Positions 58,571 to 64,000 of a stretch of DNA of 64,000 nt are shown piece by piece. The DNA comes from Podarcis muralis (Eukaryota). The stretch is from NCBI RefSeq assembly GCF_964188315.1, contig NC_135656.1, forward strand, positions 107,756,001-107,820,000, written 5' to 3'. The notes below the pieces were generated by a model. That model saw only the letters and a program-made list of their open reading frames with translations, was not told the origin of the DNA and did no database searches. Positions within the stretch are counted from its first letter, which is position 1, and every line of letters begins with the position of its first letter. The translations under genes were made by a program, and so were the position numbers.

Positions 58571-60818
58571 CCGGGCTCCGTTTACATTGTTAGAAAGGTG
58601 GAAAATCAAACGAATTTAACACATTTTCTCCAGGTTTATGTGTTCCAAGGCTCAGCTATTCAGGAGGTTTGGGAGACCAGTTACTCTAGCCATTTCCTGC
58701 CCTATTTTTCTGTCTAGGAATCAAATTTAACCACTCATTTCTACATTCTTTATGTATGTCTATGTTCCTATTTCCCCCCTAAATTGCAGCAGGGATGCAA
58801 ATATGCTTGGAAGTGCATCAGGTGGCGGTGATTAATTTAATCCTTTCACTGCAGATCAAGAGACCAATGAATATTGCAAGGTTTCAACTCCCCTTTTGGA
58901 AATGTCCTTTGGATTCCATAACTCTTAATATAACTTGTTTATATTGATAAAAGCTCCATTGAACGCAGTGAAACTTATCCCTGAGTAAGCATGCACAGGG
59001 ATTGCCTTGTACATCTATCCACAAGTTTGAGTTCTGACTCTGTGTGTTCCCTTGATGCAGCTGCTGTTTTGCTTTCTCCAGTGTTCCCAATGTTTCTTAA
59101 AGCAACAGTTCTTTTTTCCAGAACAAGGCTCTTTCCAGAAACAGAGGCTGATGGTGGGTGGGTAATAGAGAGCCTTCATTAACATTTTTCATCCAGCACT
59201 TATGTCACAGGGACATACTAGGCTGTCTGATGGCAAAAAGCCCCGGAAACTCAGCTGGACTTTTGAGTAAACGTACATAGTTGAAAGCTGTACCTGGGCA
59301 TAAGCCACATTAATTCAATAGGACTTACTCCTGACTAGACATGGTTAGGATTGCAGCCTTTGCCATATCACAGGGATGGTGTTGGGACCCAATTCTTAGG
59401 AATGGAGGAGAAATTCTGTCTATCCAGTATGCATTTAAAGTTGAAACACAGCTATTCTGAATTTTGTGTCTGAATTTTGTGATACAGTTATCTAACCCAA
59501 CAATGCTTACATAAATGGATGTATTAATGGAAAGTGGAAGGAAGAGTGAGGATCTTAGTGAAAATAGCATAAAAATGCATTATATTATGCAATTTGTTTC
59601 CCCCCAAAATTATTAATCAGTCAAAACTGATTATAAATATATATATATATTATGAGAAATTCCTACTATGCTGCTACTTAATTTCTGTGGCAATGTCTTT
59701 ATAAATGCAAATGGATGCAAAATGTGGAGAGCTGAATTTATGATTGGAAAAATGAGAACCAGAGAGAGACTGATATGGACAGACTCACCATCCCTATTCA
59801 GAAGTAAGATCTTCTGGGATTGATGACACTTCCTTCCTAGTAAGTGTGATTGGGAGTGCAACCTAAATCACCCACCTGAAGCAAAATACGGTAATTCAAG
59901 AGCAAGTCACTAGACCTGCAAAGAGGGGAGGGCTTCTGGATCCTAAATGACAGAATGGGCATCACATCCCGCTTTCCCCTCTTTCTCACACCCACACCCC
60001 AAAGGCTTGGGTTAAAGCTATGTGTAGCTGTTGTAGTTCAGAGAAATAGCAGTCCAAGGAAAAGATCGGCCAGGGTTGCCTTAAATACAGGAATTGCATA
60101 GATTCCTGCAACAGACTTGAACAGTCAACCATTGACATTGTTTCAGAATTAGATGCATGCAGGCCTAGGAAGTCTAAATCCAAACCAATTCTTCAAAAGC
60201 AAGTGGGTTTTCATAATTGTAAGGACTCACCTCCCGTCTCCTTCACGAGTTGTTTTCCACTCCTGATCCCAGCTCAGGCCAAAGGGGAGAACAAATTGCA
60301 GAAGGGACCAGTGTGTTCCCTGCAATGTTCACAAACAACCACCAGCGGCAGAGGGTAACTGTGCTAACTAAAAAGAGCATTGACCTCTCGGGCTCTGTCC
60401 AAAGAGTGGGAGGATGCTATAGATTGACAAGGTGGAAGTTCATGTCTTGGATCAAGGATATGGGGAAATGGAGGCTTGGCTTTGCTACGGAGTGATAGAG
60501 CAGATTCCCAATCCTTGATATGCAACCTTGTGGCTTTGGGAGAAGAAGAGTCCCTGTCTAAGGCTATCAGGGGAATGGTGACTATGCTGTCCCCCACATA
60601 CACACACTAATGGGGGCAGTGGGACTCTGAATACCAGGTGGGGAGAGCATTATTGTGCTCAAGTCCTACTTTTAATTATTGTTGCATGCCACCCCAGTCT
60701 TGAAGCAGTGCAAGATTCCAGGGGTTTCAGGCACCGACCCAGAGTTTGTGTTTCCTTTCGGAAGTGAGGTCAAGCAGAGACTGTGGTGTCTTTATGATGT
60801 ATGGTTTATTTACATGTA

Positions 60819-61079
60819 CAGTGGTACCTCGGCTTAAGAACTTAATTCGTTCCAGAGGTCCGTTCTTAACCTGAAACGGTTCTTAACCTGAGGCACGCTT
60901 TCGCTAATGGGGCCTCCTGCTGCTGCCGCTGCACCGTTGGCGCACAATTTCTGTACTTATCCTGGGGCAAAGTTCTTAACCTGGAGCAACCACTTCCTGG
61001 TTAGCAGAGTTTGTAACCCGAAGCGTCTGTAACCTGAAGCGTCTGTAACCCGAAGCGTCTCTAACCCGAGGTACCACAG
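60819..61079. mobile_element. MITE family 1
   Basis: cagtggtacctc...gaggtaccacag, TA duplication. Confidence 0.8.
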
Positions 61080-61541
61080 TATCATTAGAATCTTAGAATC
61101 ATAGAACTGGAGAGTTGGAAGGGACGCATCCTGAGCCTACAATGGAGGGGTTCACAGCATCAGCAGCCCAAAGCAGCCTTGATTCTCCCATATCCACAGC
61201 CTTGCACTGGCAAGGTGGAAGTCCAGTGCTGGGATCAAAGGCGTTGGGAAACAGAGACTTACTTTGATGTGGAGTTTGAAGGGAGATCTGCAACCTCACA
61301 GCGCTCAGAAGAGAAGGGTTCCTGAACATATTTTGGTTCTTTATTTTAAATATTTTTCTTCCACCTTTCCTATTGGCTTTTGGTGGTGTGTTAAGTAACA
61401 TTAAAGCAAGCAATTGGCTGCTGGCCCCTGGGCTTGCTGGCCTTCCACCAAGTGTGTCACAAGTTTATTTGTACTTACACTCTCACTTTTAAGAAAAAGA
61501 AGCAATGAGACCTGGGTAAATAAATGCTACTACCCTGTCCA

Positions 61542-61686
61542 TTGGATAGCTCAGTTGGTTAGAGCGTGGTGCTGATAACGCCAAGGTCGCAGGTTCGATC
61601 CCCACAATTGCGTATTCCTGCATTGCAGGGGGTGGGGCTAAGGTGATCCTCAGGCTCCCTTCCAACTCTGCAATTCCATGATTCTA
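61542..61686 (+). mobile_element. SINE with tRNA-Ile-like head and CR1 3' tail
   Basis: gatagctcagttggttagagcgtggtgctgataacgccaaggtcgcaggttcgatcccc, then cctgcattgcaggggg...ccaactctgcaattccatgattctatg. Confidence 0.75.
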
Positions 61687-61780
61687 TGTATCTGGGAAAG
61701 GCAATGATGGAGCTTCAGGAAGCCTCACTTCTGGTAACGCCAAGGCACACAGCGAGAATTGATGGGAGGAAATAGGATTA

Positions 61781-62006
61781 CAGTGGTACTTCGGGTTAAG
61801 TCCTTAATTCGTTCTGGAGGTCCGTACTTAACCTGAAACTGTTCTTAACCTGACACACCACTTTAGCTAATGGGGCCTCCTGCTGCCGCCGCACCGCCGC
61901 AGCACAATTTCTGTTCTCATCCTGAAGCAAAGTTCTTAACCTGAAGCACTATTTCTGGGTTAGTGGAGTGTGTAGCCTGAAGCGTATGTAACCCGAGGTA
62001 CCACTG
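61781..62006. mobile_element. MITE family 1
   Basis: TIR and TA duplication. Confidence 0.85.
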
Positions 62007-63244
62007 TATATCTGATTCAAGAGAGAGAAGCAGCTGAGGGAGGCTTGGCAGGAATTGCTCAGGGGGGACCAGGGAGTGCCTGGGTGCAAGAAGAATTCTG
62101 ACACAGCCCTGATTGGCTGAATGATCAAAAGGCGTCATGCGAAGCAAGAGGGAGAGTCCCCCAGCAGAGAGCAAGAGGCAATCCAAGCTGAGGAACAGGG
62201 AAGCAAGAGGCAGAAGAATTTGCAGAGAGTGAGTGAAGGGCAGGAGAAATCCCTGCATGAACTGGAGTGAAGATGTGGCCTGTAAATGGAGGATTGTTTG
62301 TTTCGGAGTGTCTGTCTGAAAGAGAGAAACAGGAAGAGCAGGTGCAGGAATTGTAACTTCACTTCGCAATTTACTTTCCCCCCTTTTTAACTGGAAAAAT
62401 TGTTGGTGGAGGGATAATAAAAAGGGAAATAATCACCAGACTCCAAAAGTTCTCAAAAGTTGCTGCTGGCTTCTTTTATTTGTTTGTGGCTGTGGAATCT
62501 TAGAGCAAAGGCTGAAATCATATTTTAAAGCTGTTGTTAATGACTGAATGCATCTGAAAACACTTCTTTCTCTCTCGTTTTTCTTTGAAAAGTGAGATCC
62601 TCAAGATATTCACGCACAAAGTAAAATCGACCTGCATGAATCCACATTGCTTGGCTGAGATTCGGGATAGTTGAAGAACGAGGATAGTTGCATTTTTAAG
62701 TGATATCTACATCATCCATTTCCAGATACTTTTACCAATCAGAGTCACTTTCTTCATCCACCTGCTCAGAGTCTGGAAAACAGGAAGGCATGTTTGGGTA
62801 AAGGAAGCTGCAGTAGGAAAAATGCTAGAGTTGCAAATCATATTCCCATTTGCATTGCAGGATCGATTATTCCTGATATAGAACCATTCGGAAACTAATG
62901 GAAAATTGTGGGGCACCTCTCCCCATACCAACCATCCGCGCCCTGAGATTGATAGGAGGGGGCGGGCTCCGCTTGTGCCTCCACCAATGAATGTTGCTCA
63001 TTCTGCAGGGATGAAAATGAGAGCCTTTTCTGTGGTGGCACCTTAGTTATGGACACACACACCCTCCCCTTGGAAGCATAACAATACTAACAGGCTTCTT
63101 GCATCTGGTGAAAACCCATTTCTGACCTCTCCGCTTGGAGGACCAGAGGGTTGTCTTAGACTGTGTACATAGACTACAATGTCAGGAAGTCTGCCCCAAT
63201 AGGAGGTGACCTGAGAAAGCACCGTCTGCATATGCAGGCAGGCA

Positions 63245-63655
63245 GAAATGAGGATGAGGATGATATTTATATGCCGCCCATCTGACTGGGTTGCCCCAGC
63301 CACTCTGGGCGGCTCCCAGAAAAATATTTAAAACACAATAAAACATCAACCATCAAAAACTTCCCTGAACAGGGATGCCTTCAGGTGTCTTCTAAAAGTC
63401 AAATAGTTGTTTATTTCCTTGACATCAGCTGGGATAGCATTTCACAGGGTGGGCGCCACTACCAAGAAGGCCCTCTTACTGGTTCCCTGTAACCTCACTT
63501 CTCTCAATGAGGGAACTGCCAGAAGGCCCTCAGCACTGGACCTCAGTGTTTGGGCTGAACGATGGGGGTGGAGATGCTCCTTCAAGTATGCTGGGCTGAA
63601 GTCGTTGAGGGCTTTAAAGGTCAGCACCAACACTTTGAATTGTGCTTGGAAGCGC
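63245..63655 (-). mobile_element. L2 LINE 3' fragment
   Basis: RFQAQFKVLVLTFKALN...TLRSSAEGLLAVPSL matches the other L2 copies. Confidence 0.85.
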
Positions 63656-63749
63656 ATCCTCAGCATAAAACAGATTATAACTTTTCCAGAAGAATACGCT
63701 TTAGATCGCAAATAAAACAGGGGTGGCATATTTATGAGGCCATGTGTAA

Positions 63750-64000
63750 AGGTAAAGCTAAAGGGACCCCTGACCATTAGGTCCAGTCGTGACCGACTCT
63801 AGGGTTGCGGCACTCATCTCACTTTATTGGCTGAGGGAGCTGGCGCACAGCTTCCGGGTCATGTGGCCAGCATGACTAAGCCGCTTCTGGCGAACCAGAG
63901 CAGCACACGGAAACGCCGTTTACCTTCCCGCCGGAGCAGTACCTATTTATCTACTTGCAGTTTGACGTGCTTTCGAACTGCTAGGTTGGCAGGAGCAGGG
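63750..64000 (-). mobile_element. Sauria SINE, cut by window edge
   Basis: Nearly identical to 699..950. Confidence 0.9.

Noticed and set aside
59780-60240. Candidate exon 1 donors for gene E (GTGAGT at ~59788 and ~60230)
   Set aside because: Two equally plausible sites, no TATA and no homology to the A-D promoter block; cannot choose without transcripts.
61542-61612. tRNA-Ile gene
   Set aside because: Acceptor stem not formed and sequence continues into a CR1 tail: SINE head.
1-64000. Assigning BCHE, ACHE or CES gene symbols
   Set aside because: Exon layout and AGY serine codons point to the cholinesterase lineage, but shortened loops and the missing tetramerisation tail argue against true BCHE/ACHE orthology; needs phylogeny and synteny.

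Overview
Squamate (probably lacertid) lizard genomic DNA, inferred from Sauria SINEs, L2/CR1/L1 LINEs and TA-targeting MITEs. The window holds a tandem array of five minus-strand cholinesterase-like genes, here called A-E. Each has the BCHE-type structure: a non-coding exon 1 (located for A-D), one ~1.45-1.5 kb coding exon ending in ...FARSG/FSRSG|GTAAG, a 146-167 bp exon 3 and a short last exon. The ORF track shows only the big exons; I reconstructed exons 3 and 4 by hand and all five genes splice in frame (568-570 aa). D (GESAG) and E (GHSAG) keep the Ser-Glu-His triad. A, B and C have the catalytic Ser replaced by Gly (GLGSG/GLGEG, AGT>GGT) plus other active-site changes, yet stay fully intact, so they look like a recently expanded clade of secreted cholinesterase pseudoenzymes. 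C has B-type upstream and A-type downstream flanks and is probably a chimera. An intact Gypsy LTR retrotransposon (identical 265-bp LTRs, 1370-aa gag-pol, tRNA-Ser PBS, 5-bp TSD) lies in sense orientation in intron 1 of C. Also present: a 287-bp-arm Penelope-type palindrome carrying two hammerhead-ribozyme motifs, and MITEs containing hairpin or tandem minisatellites. All alignments and coordinates were done by eye.
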